Notes under the pieces: generated by a model
The model's database searches: none
Seen by the model: the letters and a program-made list of their open reading frames with translations, nothing else
Told to the model about the DNA's origin: nothing
Source of the DNA: Nageia nagi
Taxonomy: Eukaryota; Plantae; Pinophyta
NCBI GenBank assembly: GCA_050084985.1
Contig: JBITNC010000001.1
Span: 18,042,001-18,106,000, forward strand
DNA: 64,000 bases
Direction: 5' to 3'
Translations under genes and position numbers: made by a program
Part shown: piece by piece, positions 1 through 12,570 of the stretch
Position numbering within the stretch: position 1 is the first letter of the stretch
How the letters are laid out: each line of letters starts with the position of its first letter

Positions 1-1530
1 ATTATTTAGGATTTATCTATTATGAATGAAACCAATTTTCTGATGGAAGATAATAAATGGAAGTAAATAACTAATTCACAAGGCAAGTGCCTTAGCAATA
101 ATTTTATAATTAACATTCAAGAGAGTGATAGGTCACCAATTGATGATGAGCTTTAGGTCCCCTTACTTGGGGATAAACTTGTTGTTATCCTTATTAACGA
201 TATTACCAAGAGAACCTATTTGTAATGCTTATAGATAGAGTTTATATGAATCAAGGCCAACAAGACTTGTAAAATTCATAAAGGAATCCATCTAGACAAG
301 GGATCTTATTATCTATCATTTGAGAAAGAGATTCATTTATCTCTTTAAGGGATATGAGTTTATTGCACTCAACTTGAAGATATGGCAAGAGACGAGATGG
401 TACAATATCTTTGCATCGTTGTAAAGGTTGAGTCATGTTTGAAGTATAGGGCTAAGTTGCAAACACTTACATGTAGTGATGAATGAAGAAATTTGCTATA
501 TCTAGAAGAGAAGTTAGTTGGATACCATTCTCATGAATAACTTTGAATTAGGTAGCTTGTCTCTAAGGTCTTAACCTTTGAAAAAAAAATTTAGATACCT
601 TATCCCTAACCTTGAGCTAGTGCAAACAAGCCTTGATTTGTGCTCCTTTGGCTTCATAGAGTTCTATCAACTGGAGCTCATACTTGATTTACTCAACATG
701 GGATTGCAGGTGAGAGCTAAAGGGATGGAATATAAGTGAAAAAAATCTTTTATAAGCTCATCTCTTAGAGCGTGGATGGAGTGATAATGAATTTGCATAA
801 CCTTCTTACCCAACCTATGAAGAAGAGTATACGTACAAAAGATTACATCATTTTACCATGCAATCCATTTCAATTCTCTTGAAGGTTTGGGAACCACATT
901 CTAAACTCTATGTATATGACATAATATGGCATCAATTTGAAGAAAATATGTATTGGGAAAGAAGTGGGATATATAATATCTTTGTAGAAGGGAGGCTATC
1001 TCAATTATGAATGTAATGGGGGAATGATTAGAGGAGATGAGTCATGGAATAGTCTAGATAAAAGGAGCAAAGGATAAACATCAGGTAAAGGAAACTTCTT
1101 GATTATGGGATAACATTTCATGATCAAAATATTTGAAAACTCTTGCATGGCCAACTTGTAAATTAGACCACGTGTACCATAAGTGTTTTAGGAAGTGCTA
1201 TACCAAAAAGCATGCATTAGGGTATGACAACCTAAGTTTATGCTTCATAAAGAACCATGTTTCACATTCCCTAAGGGCCCATTTATTAAGGGTGAGGTTT
1301 TTTTTTATTAGTTGCATTTTCAACCATATTAAAATCCCCACCCATAAGTCAAACAATTGGTGGAAGGGACAATGCATACCACTTCCATAAAGTGCATCTT
1401 TATAGGGCCTCATCTAAGACATAAATGTTAATTATTCTAAATGACAATCCATCCAATTCAAGCAAAATCCACATCGCTTAATTATTGGGATTCATTCCCC
1501 ATGTAATAAAATTAATTTTTCATCGATTGA
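1..1530 (-). pseudogene. LINE A ORF2 remnant (APE endonuclease and start of RT)
   Basis: Interrupted frames with L1 endonuclease and RT N-terminal motifs, including ORFs 251..436 and 1198..1413. Confidence 0.75.
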
Positions 1531-1899
1531 CTAATAGAATGAGGATGCCACCACTTCCATGGGGATGATTGGTAACGTACATCTAGCTTTTAGGTCAAAG
1601 AAGAGAACATGTTAATTGAAAAGTAGAATCAAATACTTTAACCTCTTACAAACAAACAAATCAATACAATAAAATAACTAAGAGCAAGATATTATTTCAT
1701 ATTAAACCAAGTAACATTGGACTAGATCCATCAACCCTTTGAAAAAATTCATTCATGAGTGTCAAGGAGCATACCTCCATCAAACTCATTAGCAAGCTCC
1801 AAATTACAAAGATACTAGAAAGAGTTAGTAGAGAAACTTTCTTGCTCTTTATTTAAAGGACTAGTGTGTCAAGGCTTACCATATTTAACAAAGGGAATT

Positions 1900-2760
1900 C
1901 CTCAAGGAGGGCTATGGGAACATAAATCCTATGCTTGAGTGTGCACACCCTCTTCCTTTTCCAACTGCTAAATATTTGTAGAAACCAAAAGAATCCCATC
2001 ATCTCCAAAAAAATCCCTTATCACCTTTGCACCATTTGGTAGTTGAGGGGGTGGGGTTTTAACCTTAAAAGGAGGCTTAATATCTACAATTTGAGAATAA
2101 ATTATATATGGATTATCAATATTGAATAACTTGGCCCCTTTACCTTTCTTGTTAGACACATTCTTCCACTCATTTTTTGTTCCCTTAACGGGTTAAGCTG
2201 GAGAGCGTGACGAGGTAGCATGATCTGAGCTCTTGGCTTTAAACTTATTTTTCATCAATGAGCAATCCTTGATTTTGTGATACCTTGATTCATATATATA
2301 ACAGGTGTTCAAAAGATTAATATATGCCAACCTTATTGACAATTAGGCTACATAGAACCAAATTGGTTCATCGCATACCAATTTTCCAATTTGTATGGCA
2401 AGAAGGCATATAAATGGAAAATGGGAAAGGGGAGATATAGGAATTCAACCCACATAGGTACAACTAGGGAAACATTATCATTGATAGTAAAATCCTTAGA
2501 CCATGGTTGAAAAATATGGAGCATGTTATGTATGTAGCTCAAACCCTTAGACAAATTAATTTTTTCATATTCAAGGTTAAATATTAAAAATGAGAAAATC
2601 CCTTAGTAAGGTTTTGAACATGATATACTTGATCATACAAGCTCCAGTATTAATCAATCTAGTTCTTAACAACTACATTAGATGGCATATGTCCCATAAA
2701 GTACCCTATGAGAGTATGGTCTCCAACCATGCACAAGCTTAATTAAACTCATGTAGAGGA
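1900..2760 (-). pseudogene. LINE A ORF1 remnant (DUF4283 / zinc-knuckle type)
   Basis: ORF 2348..2554 PW..DF...PMWVEF..LP motif; degenerate CCHC knuckle near 2270-2310. Confidence 0.65.
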
Positions 2761-5256
2761 ATGACCAAGTTGAGGGATGCATTACCTCACTATAAACTTT
2801 GGGAATGAACTTCGTATGGATGTTTTGCTATAGGTGTCATTTCTTGCTCCAATAGCTTCAACCAAAGTTGAAGTTGAAGAATGAGGTTGAGGAATTAAAA
2901 AAACCAAATTTGCCTGTGGTGGAGTAAATGCAATAGTCCTATTAGGATATGGGTAGATCTATCTCGCACACTCTTCAAAAGTAACTAGCATGATGAAAGA
3001 CTAGAAAATCTTAATACATGAGGTTCAACTTGCTTGCAACTATCTCCAATGCTCTTTAATAATCCTATAAATTTTTATTGTCAAGAGGAAAACATCCTAT
3101 TTGGTTGAATATGAGCTAATTCCAACTACAAATTGGTTTACAATAGGTACACTCAAAAAGAAGATGGAATATGGATTCTTCCTCCTAATTACATATAACA
3201 CATATACTTGGTCCAATGAACCTTATTCTCTACATAATATAATTATGAATCACTAACCATGAAAGATAGTTTATTTCTTATCATCCTTTTGGTTTCCATA
3301 TTTCTTACTAAGGAGTTGTGGTTGGGGGTGATTAGTTTGGAGGGCTTTTAAATAACCTTCTTTTATTGTATATGTTCCTTATCTATTATGTCCCTAACCT
3401 ATTTAACTAGGACCATACTTCCATAATCATGTTATCTTTTTCTAGAATTTATTTTAATTCTTCTTTTTTAGCCTCCCATTCTCCATTTAGCCAATGATCC
3501 AAAATGTGCCACTTGCATGAAGGATTTTGCTGGCTAGGATAGATAAGATAGTGAGAAATCAGGGTTAGACCTTGATTATGGAGAGCCTTTCTAAGCCCAT
3601 TTAAATGAGGGTACTATATGATTATGGGTGGTAAATGTTCCCAAGAATTATCCCATAATTTGATCTCTTTATCATCTCCTACCTTCTACTATAAATTATC
3701 CTTAACCAAAGAAGCTGCATTTTTTGATTCCTTTCCATATATTTGAGCCCTCTCTTGTGACTAGTAGCCGAGGGAGGTCTTTGATTTCATTTACTAGAGA
3801 ATATATTACTTTTAAAACTTGACTCCATAATTTGTCTTGATTTGTGATCCATCTCCAGTATAATTTCCTTAATAAGGCTTGGTTTTTTGTTATTGCAACT
3901 CTAATACCAAGTCTTCCTTCTTTCTTTGGTTGACACACCCTATCACATCTTACCAAGGTATTTTTTTACTCTCCTTTTTCTCTAGACCATAAAAACCTTC
4001 TCATTAGTTTATCTATATCATTAATGATGCTCTTAGGGTCAACTAAAATAAAGAATTTGTAAACTAGTAATGGTTGTAGAATTGATTTCAAGAGTGTGAC
4101 CCTACCTTTAAAGCTCAACCATTTATGAGTCCAATTTTCAAACTTTGAGTGCACTTTATCTATTATATTTTTCTAATCCTTCTTAAAATTTATCTTTGTT
4201 AATGGAATACCTATATATTCTAATGGGATGGAGGCAATTGAGAACCTCAAAATGTGTGTTATTTGAATCCTTATTATTTTATACATATTAAAGAAAAAAA
4301 CTTTTGACTTTTCATCATTTAGTAGTTGACCAATGGTTGTAATATAATAATATAAAATACCTTTGATATTAGTTACTTTTTTTTCTTCAACCCACAATCA
4401 TGTATCATCCATGAATTATATATAGGTTATTGCTATATCTCTATTAAAATTTATCCCTAAGATGATATTCTTTATTTTTTTCCTTTGAATAAGTCTCCCA
4501 AATTCTTCTATAAAAAAATAAATAGGTATGGTGAGATAGGATCTCCTTGTATAATACCTTTGTTAGCCTTGAATATTAAGGAAGGGCTTCTATTGATTAG
4601 GATTGATAAGGATATTGTGGATATACATTCTATAACCCAATTAATCTATTATTAAAACCAAATATTTACAAATTTTGACCTAGAAAATCTTAACTCACTC
4701 TATCATAGGCCTTTGATAAATCAAGATTCAAGAACAGTCCTTTGTTCTTCTTTTGGTCCATCTACTAAATAGTTTCTTGAGCTATCATGATTCCATCTAG
4801 AATTTTTCTACCATGTACAAAACCATCTTTTCTTAAGAGATATGATATTTGATAATATGGTTTTGAGTCTATTAGCCATCACCTTAGTTATAATCTTGTA
4901 GATCACATTACAGAGGGAAATTAGTATGAAATTAATTAGTTTCTCCATCTCTCATCCTTTAAAAATCAAGGTCAAAAAGGTATGGTTAAGGGATTTAAGA
5001 ATACTCCTACTAAACCTAGCCTCTTCCACTACTTTAGTGATATCATTCCTATGGTGTCCTAAAAGGCTTTATATAACGTAATTGGTAATCCATCAAGATC
5101 TAGGGCTTTCCCTAATTACATGGAAGATACTACCTCTTCCACCTCTTCCTCTTTGATCTCCCTCAAAATCTCTTCTTTATGCTTTAGAGATACTAATATG
5201 GGAATACTTCTCAAAACTTCCTCCTAAGCCTGTTTGGAGATATTTGGGTCTATAGT

Positions 5257-5564
5257 TGTTATGAACCCATAACATGTTATTTATATCATATTAGTATTTA
5301 TCCCACATGTATTATATTTTGATGGTGAATGATCTAACAAGACTATTTATATGATTCCTTTCGTATTGTAAATTATGGAGGAAGAAATATAGTTTCGTTT
5401 GAGAGAACTTATTCCTTAACCTCGAAGTGGAAAAGGCAATTCAATTATTTTAGTAAGTTGTATTTGTAATGGTTTTGTATATTTGAGTGGTATTTGCATA
5501 TTGGAGTGGTTTTTATATGTATTTATTAATAATCTTGTTACTATGCAAAATTAGGTTCTTAGCA
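5257..5564 (+). repeat. 5' LTR of the small LTR element
   Basis: Starts TG, ends CA, followed by PBS-like sequence; repeated at 6963-7286. Confidence 0.8.
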
Positions 5565-6962
5565 AGTAGTATTAGAGAATGATCTTGGCACTTATGGGTG
5601 GATTTGAAGAAGTTGAAGAGTTTTTTGGCAAGCTAGAGAGTAAAACATTCAGATCTCACACATCCAAAGGTATTTATTTTCTACTAAAATTTTGGGACTT
5701 TGTAGATAATCATGTCAAGAGTGCTTAGTAAATTTTTTAGATTATTCTATTAGGATTGTTCAATAAAAATTATAGATCATTTCAAGTTGTATTGGCTGAT
5801 TTATGAGAATATTGGTGATTGAGATTTTTGTAAAAAAAGGGCAAAGGTGAAATATTCATAAATTTTACATATGTTATCATTTTTTGATGAAATTTCATAT
5901 TTGGATGGGAATTCATGGTACCTATCTATAGTAAAAAAATTTAGAAATATTTTAATTATTTTGATAACTATTTTAATTTATGAAAATGGATACTCTTGTT
6001 CCACCTCTTCATATACATTCTTATAGATAATATAATATTGAATTTATAGAATTTTGTACCACATATGGATTATATGAAGAGATATCCCTTGCTTTCTTTA
6101 TTGATGGCTTATAGGGAAAAAATAAGAAGGAGGTGATAAAATGAAATCCATAAATATTAGATTCATCATATGGATCAACATTATTTGTAGAACTTTATCT
6201 TGAAAGTGAAAATCAATTTTGATATTCATATGTACCTTAGTGGACATATTTTAAAAGACCATTTTAGCATTTAGATATTGTGAGTCCAACCATTAAGGAG
6301 ACACTTGCTCATTATTTTGAATACTAATCCATTATTGATGAGGTTCTTCTTGAGAATTCTATGGAGCTAGTTTCTTTGACTTTAGTGGAGTATGTTGTAG
6401 AGTGTGAGGACATTCCTCTCACTTATATTAGCATGGAAATGATTTCATGGAGTATTCAGGTGAGGATTTTAGAGTATAATGACATGACTTCAAAGCACAT
6501 CATGAGGTTTTCATATCGTAGCAATGAGACTTCAAAGCACAACAACAAGACTCCAAAGCATAACAACAACATGGTGGTTCTTTTTTGAGTCTTTTAGGTC
6601 ATTCATTTTGTTTCCCACTACTCAAAAGCAACATAATCATTATCTTCATGGTATTTTGATACATAGATGGGATCTTGTTCATATTTGGTGCATTGTTGGC
6701 TACTTTGAATAAGTTGGATTCATTGGCTTTTTACTCTCTCTATTATTCATGGAAGGATTGTACTTTGTATTTTGGCAAGCTTTGAGGATAAAGCTTACCA
6801 AAGGGATCAACAATGTAATGACCCTCACTAGTATATTAGTAGCTATTATGGTATGACATGTGAAGTGTGTAAGCTATTATATTTTGTTGTGTGTAGGATA
6901 TTATGTTTTTATGTATGGTGTGTACAAGATTTGAGGCAAAAGCTTATTTAAGGGGGTGGCAA

Positions 6963-7286
6963 TGGTATGACCCCATAACATGTAATTAGTTATGTTATAT
7001 TCATATTTATCCCACATGTATTAGGTTTGGAAGGTGAAGGGTCTAACAAGGTTATTTATATGAGGCCTTACTTATTATAAATCATCAAGGAAGAAATATA
7101 GTTTCATTTGAGGAGAGAACTTATTCTCTAGGAGGTGCCCCCCTTGAAGTGGGAAAGGCGATTCAATTATTTCAATAAGTGATATTTATAATGGTTTTGC
7201 ATATTTGAGTGGTATTCACATATTGGAGTGGTTTTTATATGTATTTGTGAATAATTTGGTTATTATGAAAAAGTGGGTTCTTAATA
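6963..7286 (+). repeat. 3' LTR of the small LTR element
   Basis: Follows aagggggtggcaa PPT-like tract; homologous to 5257-5564. Confidence 0.8.
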
Positions 7287-10200
7287 ATAATGAAAAAAGT
7301 AGAAAAATAACCATTAGCTTTTTTTACATACCTAAAAGAGTAGTTTCTTTAATGTCTTTTGTAATGGCAAGACCATCCAAATGGTTATAATGACTTTGGA
7401 CTATGGTTGATTGATGAAATAACTTTATGTTCTTATCTCCATCTTTTAGCCAAGTTATTATGGATCTTTACCTCTAATAGATATCTTCTTTCTTATCAAG
7501 CTCCTCTCCTCTTGCATCAAAGCACTTTATTAAGAAAGTAACTCTTCTAAAATATTTTTTTGTGTGATCATTTTTTCTATTCCTTGAATTCTCCCCATCA
7601 AAGCTACCCTTTGTTGAAAATTTGTTCGTTGAGATTTACTCAAATTTTTTAACATCCATTTTATATGTTTTAATCTAGATTATAACTGGAATTGTTCTAT
7701 TCCAAATCTTGGTTTTCCTTATTGCCACCATTTTTGTATGAACTTTGGTAAATATTTATTTAGGAGCAAGACATTCTCAAATTTCAAGGGGCGATACTTA
7801 AGGTAGTCACATCTAATGGTGATGTGGATGCTTACCAAAAAGAGGTTTGAAGATAACTAGTTTAGGATCTTTGAATGATAATTCTAGAGATGTTGAATTA
7901 TTTCCTCTATCAATATTCTATCTAATCTTGATCATTTAATTGTCAATATCATTTCCTTTTATTAGTCCAGATAGTTATACAACCTGGAGGTAGAATATCA
8001 ACTAGGTTCAAATTAGTAGCTTGGATAATCAAGAGCTTATCTTTCTCACTTAATTAAGGTAGACCTCCCTCTTGTTCATTCACTAACATCTTAGCATTAA
8101 AATCTCCTCCCACTATAAATAAGTCTTCTAGGTATGCTTCTCTTAAAGCCTAAATTACCTTCTATTGGTTTTTATTTTATTTTTGTACCTCTTTCATATT
8201 GTATATATTCATTATTAATGAAATTATATTTGATTCTCTATCTCTTAGTTGGATTATTAAGAATCCTATAGCAGACACTGCTCTAACCTGTTGAAAGGTA
8301 TCTATATTCAACAAAGTAACCAATCCACCTAAATAACCTTCAGTAGCTTGGATTTCATAATCTCCTTACCTCAAACATCTTTTTGAAATGATTTGCATAT
8401 CTATAATAGATTCTTTGATTTCTTGTAGTAACACCACTTCTGGATGACTATGTTTTATCATTTTTTAATAACTAATTATCTAAGGTGATTGTTTAATCCC
8501 CTTACATCATTAGGTGTGTCTTTCTCCTGATTATACATTATTAGTGCTCCATATGTGGTTGAATGTGTCAAATATTTATACCCTATCTATTTGTCATAGA
8601 CTGTGGGTTTTGCATTTGGTTAGATGTTATATTATCTATTCCCCTCCTTCCTTATATGCTTTGTTATTCTACTATTATTATAGCTTGATGAGGGAGATTA
8701 TCTCCTACTTTAGGTTTTTAAATATTTTCAACTAGATTTGAGCTTGGTAATTCCTCCCACTTCATATGATAATTTGATCTTAGGATCTTATATTTGTTAT
8801 ATGGGTTCCTCCAATATTGGTGTTGGATTAAGTTTTCTCCCTTTTATTGGTTCCTCTCCCTTGGTTGGTTACTACTTTTTGTTCCTCTTCTCATAAAATT
8901 TTGAAAACCTTGATCACTTTCATTTTGCAAATGTTGGGTTTATGGATTTGTAATTGTTTAACTATCTCTCCTTTAGCCAATTTAGGGAAATATTTAATTG
9001 AATTTCCATATTCATGACATACTCTACATCTAAATAGAATTGATTCATAATCTATTTGTTTCTTCCATATGTCTCCTCTAAATCTAAGATCAATGTCAAC
9101 CAGTAGAGGTTTACTTAAGTCCATCTCCACATATATGCTAGCATAAGTAGTTGAACCTCCTTTTGTTAATGCTCTTGATATACCAATATATATCCCGAAT
9201 AGGTTATCAATCATTTGTAAAATCTCCTCCATCTAGTATTCCAATGGAAGTGCAAATAATTTAAGCTAAATTGAAGCTACCAAGGTCTCAATTATAAGAT
9301 CAAAATATGATATACATGGTTGCATGAATAAATCTATAGGACTTGTATTATATGGTACTCCCTTAAAGGCCATGTCCTTATCAAATATTAGTATAAATTA
9401 TACCATAAAATAACCATTCATGAGTTTCTAAATATAAATTTACCCTCATGGTTCCCAATGATTTTTGGCCTATGAACACAAGAAGCTGGAAGATGTTTGG
9501 AGTCACATAAACTTGCATATGAGGCTATATGTGGATTTGTATGCAATATCATCTTCTATGAGTTCCTCTGGTATATCCAATACTAGGTTTATTTTGGTCT
9601 ATAGTAGGCATCCATTCCTTCTAGCTCGCTTCACCTATGTCTGCTTCCTTTTTCCTATGTTTTATAGAATATTTCGAGCTTATTACCCTTTATCACCTTA
9701 TTTTCCATTACTATCTTTAAGTGAACCCATTAAATATTTCCCATGGAAATTCCTTGGGCTTTTATTTATTCTTGAATTTCCTTTCAAGGATTCTCCCATT
9801 ACTCCATATAACAGGCTCTCATTTTTTTCTTTCAAAAATAAAAAAATCTAGGGTAAAATATTAACACTAAGAAAATACTTTTAGGAAAAGATTTTATTAC
9901 CAAGCCCCTATAAAAGAGAAGGTTTTAAAATTAATACAATCCTATAATGAACCAAAAATTATGTGCCCAAGAAACTTCCCTCCATAAGCACACAAATGCA
10001 ACTCATGAGCCCAAACAACCTCTACTCACAAGTCCTTTATTTCATGTACACGTGATGCAGACAACCCCTCCCTTCACTCCATGAGGCTTATGCATAAGAA
10101 TTTTAATACCTATCACATGTCTAACAAGGTCTAATGCTCCTAAAACCTTCATGCATACCATCTAGGGACTAGTGCTTCAATGAATTTATAGATTTATCAT

Positions 10201-12506
10201 AGTCAATTTGAAATTAGTAAGAGGATCAATCAAACTCTCTAATGCTCAAACTAGTAAATTATAATTGTTAATTATTAACAATATAAAAAACTAGTAAATT
10301 GATTTTATTTGCAACTAGTTTGGGCATTTCATATTTTGATCAATCCTTCTATTGATTTTAGATCAATTAAGAGAAACCTACAAATTCATCGAAATCCTAG
10401 TCCATAGACGATGCACATGAAGGGTTGAAGAGTGTCAAACCCTTTCAGACAAGTGATATGCATTTGAATTCTAATGCATAAGCCTCATGGAGTGAAGGGA
10501 GGGGTTATTTTTTTCATTCATTCATGAACCAAAGGACTTATAAGCAAAGGTCATTTGGGATTGCGAGTTGATTCGACATGCTTGTGGAGAGAAGCTTATT
10601 GGGCATGAAATTTATGGGACATGATGGGACTATATAATGTTTAAGATGTTATTTATTTTAAGGGTTTGATAATAAAATATTTTTCAAAAAGTACTTTCTT
10701 AGTGTTAAGCTTTTGCCCTATATTTTTAAATTTTTGGAAAAAAAAATGTATAGTCTACTATATGGACTAATAGGAGAATACTTAGTAAAGGGTTGAGAAT
10801 GAAAGCCTAAGGAATTTCAATAGGAAATATTTTGTAGTAGAAATCAAAGGTAGTAATGGAAAAGGAGATAACACAAGGGAATAAGTTCAAATGATTCTTC
10901 AAAATATGGGAAAACGGAAGGAGATAGAGGAAAAGCTAGCTAGAAGGAATGGATGGCTACCACATATTGAAATAGTCCCAACATTGGCTATATTAGAGGA
11001 ATTTATAACAAATGAAATTGCATAAAAATCTACACACACCCTTATATGCAAGTCTATTGGACTTTGATCCTCTCCCAAATTCTTGTATTCACAGGCCAAA
11101 AATCACTAGGAACCAAAAGGGGAACTTGATATTTATATAATAGGGACAAGGCCTTTGAGGGAGGACCATATAATATAGGTCCTTTATGTTTACTCATGCA
11201 ACCATGGAGATTGGATTTTGATCCTAGAATTGAACCCTCAACAACTCCAATCTAGCTTAAATTATTTGTACTTCTCTTAGAATACTAGAGGGAGGAGATT
11301 ATACAAATGATTGGTAACCTATTAAGGATGTATATTGGTAGATCAAGAGCATCATAAGAAGGATGTTCAACTACTTATGCTAGAATATGTGTTGAGATGG
11401 ACTTAAGTAAACCTCTATAAGCAGACATTGATATTAAAGCTAGAGGGAACATATAGAAGCAACATATATATTATACATAAATTCCATTTAGATGTAGAGC
11501 CTATCATGAATATGGAAATTTAGTCAAATATTTCCCCAAATTAGCTAAATGTGAGACAAATCAAATAGTTTCAAACCCAAAAACCCAATATCCACAAAAT
11601 GATAGTGATCATGGTTTCTAAAATATTATGAGAAGAGGAAGAAAAAGTGATAACTAGCCAAAGGAGAGGAACCAATAGAAGGGAGAAAACATAATCTAAT
11701 GCCAAGATTGGAGGAACCCACCTAAAAAATATGAGATCCAAATATTAGATGATCCAATGAAGGGAGATGAATTAGCAAGCTCATATCTAGCTGAAAATGT
11801 TGAAAAGCCTAAAGAAGGAGAGAATACCCCTACTCAAGCTAAATAACAATAGAACAACAAAGTGTATAAGGAATGAGGGGAATAAAGGATGGAAAATCCA
11901 CCCAAATGCAAAACCCACCAATCCATTACAAGTACATAGGATATAAATATTTGACACATTCAACCACAAATGGAACACTAATAATTGATAATTGGGAGAA
12001 AACACACCTAATGATGTCATTATGTGATTAGTAGATAAAAATAGAGAAAAAACAACCTTAAGAATCACTCAAATGGAGAAAAGATAGAAAAATTAAAAGT
12101 CTCAAGGAGCTAGTAGGAAGACAAATAAGGAGAAAATGCAATAATGAGAGCATTTATGAGAATCAAATCTAAATTTTATAACTCAAACTCCTAATTATTA
12201 TAACTACATGGAATGTAAGTGGATTATAAAACCACCCTAGATAATTAGCTGTTAAAAAATGATAGAAGATAATCATCCATAAGTGGTATTACTATGGGAA
12301 ACCAAAGGATCTATGGGAGCTATGCAAATCATTTCAAAAAGATTCTAGAGGTAAGGATATTATGAATCCAAGTTACTTAGAGTCTTTTAGGTGGATTGGC
12401 TACTTTATGGAATAGAAATACCTTTAAAGAGATTGGATCAACATATGCTAGAGGAATTTTATGATCCAACTAAGATATAGATAATCAAACATAGTTTGAT
12501 TGATAG

Positions 12507-12515
12507 TATACATAC

Positions 12516-12561
<46 letters not shown>

Positions 12562-12570
12562 TAATATATT
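12507..12570. repeat. (TACA)n/(TA)n microsatellite inside the LINE C endonuclease region
   Basis: Seen directly; not expanded at the homologous position of the left arm (~8200). Confidence 0.95.

Larger units (their letters stand above)
1..3060 (-). mobile_element. Degenerate L1-clade LINE (family A), runs off the left window edge
   Basis: ORF 251..436 (KIPCLDGFLYEFYKSCWP) matches the L1 ORF2 K.PGPDG...EFYK..W motif; endonuclease start INFITW near 1500-1515; ORF1 fragment 2348..2554 (IFQPWSKDF...VPMWVEFLYLP) is DUF4283-type. The 5' boundary is approximate. Confidence 0.8.
5257..7286 (+). mobile_element. Small non-autonomous LTR retrotransposon (Gypsy-like ends, TRIM/LARD-like) inserted in LINE B
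   Basis: Direct repeats 5257-5564 and 6963-7286 starting TGTTATGA/TGGTATGA; decayed Met PBS (tagtattagaga 5567-5578); purine tract before 6963; TSD ATAGT/ATAAT; the empty site is present in the LINE C arm (~13400); no recognisable gag/pol. Confidence 0.8.
3062..10255 (-). mobile_element. Degenerate L1-clade LINE (family B), left arm of the head-to-head pair, interrupted at 5257-7286
   Basis: ORF1 zf-CCHC_4 piece 8891..9232 (YASIYVEMDLSKPL...DYESILFRCRVCHEYG); RT and C-terminal pieces 4173..4397, 3966..4154 (WLSFKGRVTLLKSIL), 3702..3956 (VCQPKKEGRLGI...NQALL); colinear in reverse complement with 10314-21505. Confidence 0.9.

Noticed and set aside
9465-12068. ORFs 9465..9851 (+), 10899..11099 (-), 11787..12068 (-) and 8514..8735 (+), apparently conserved in two copies
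   Set aside because: They are antisense shadows of LINE ORF1 in the two palindrome arms; the similarity follows from the DNA repeat.
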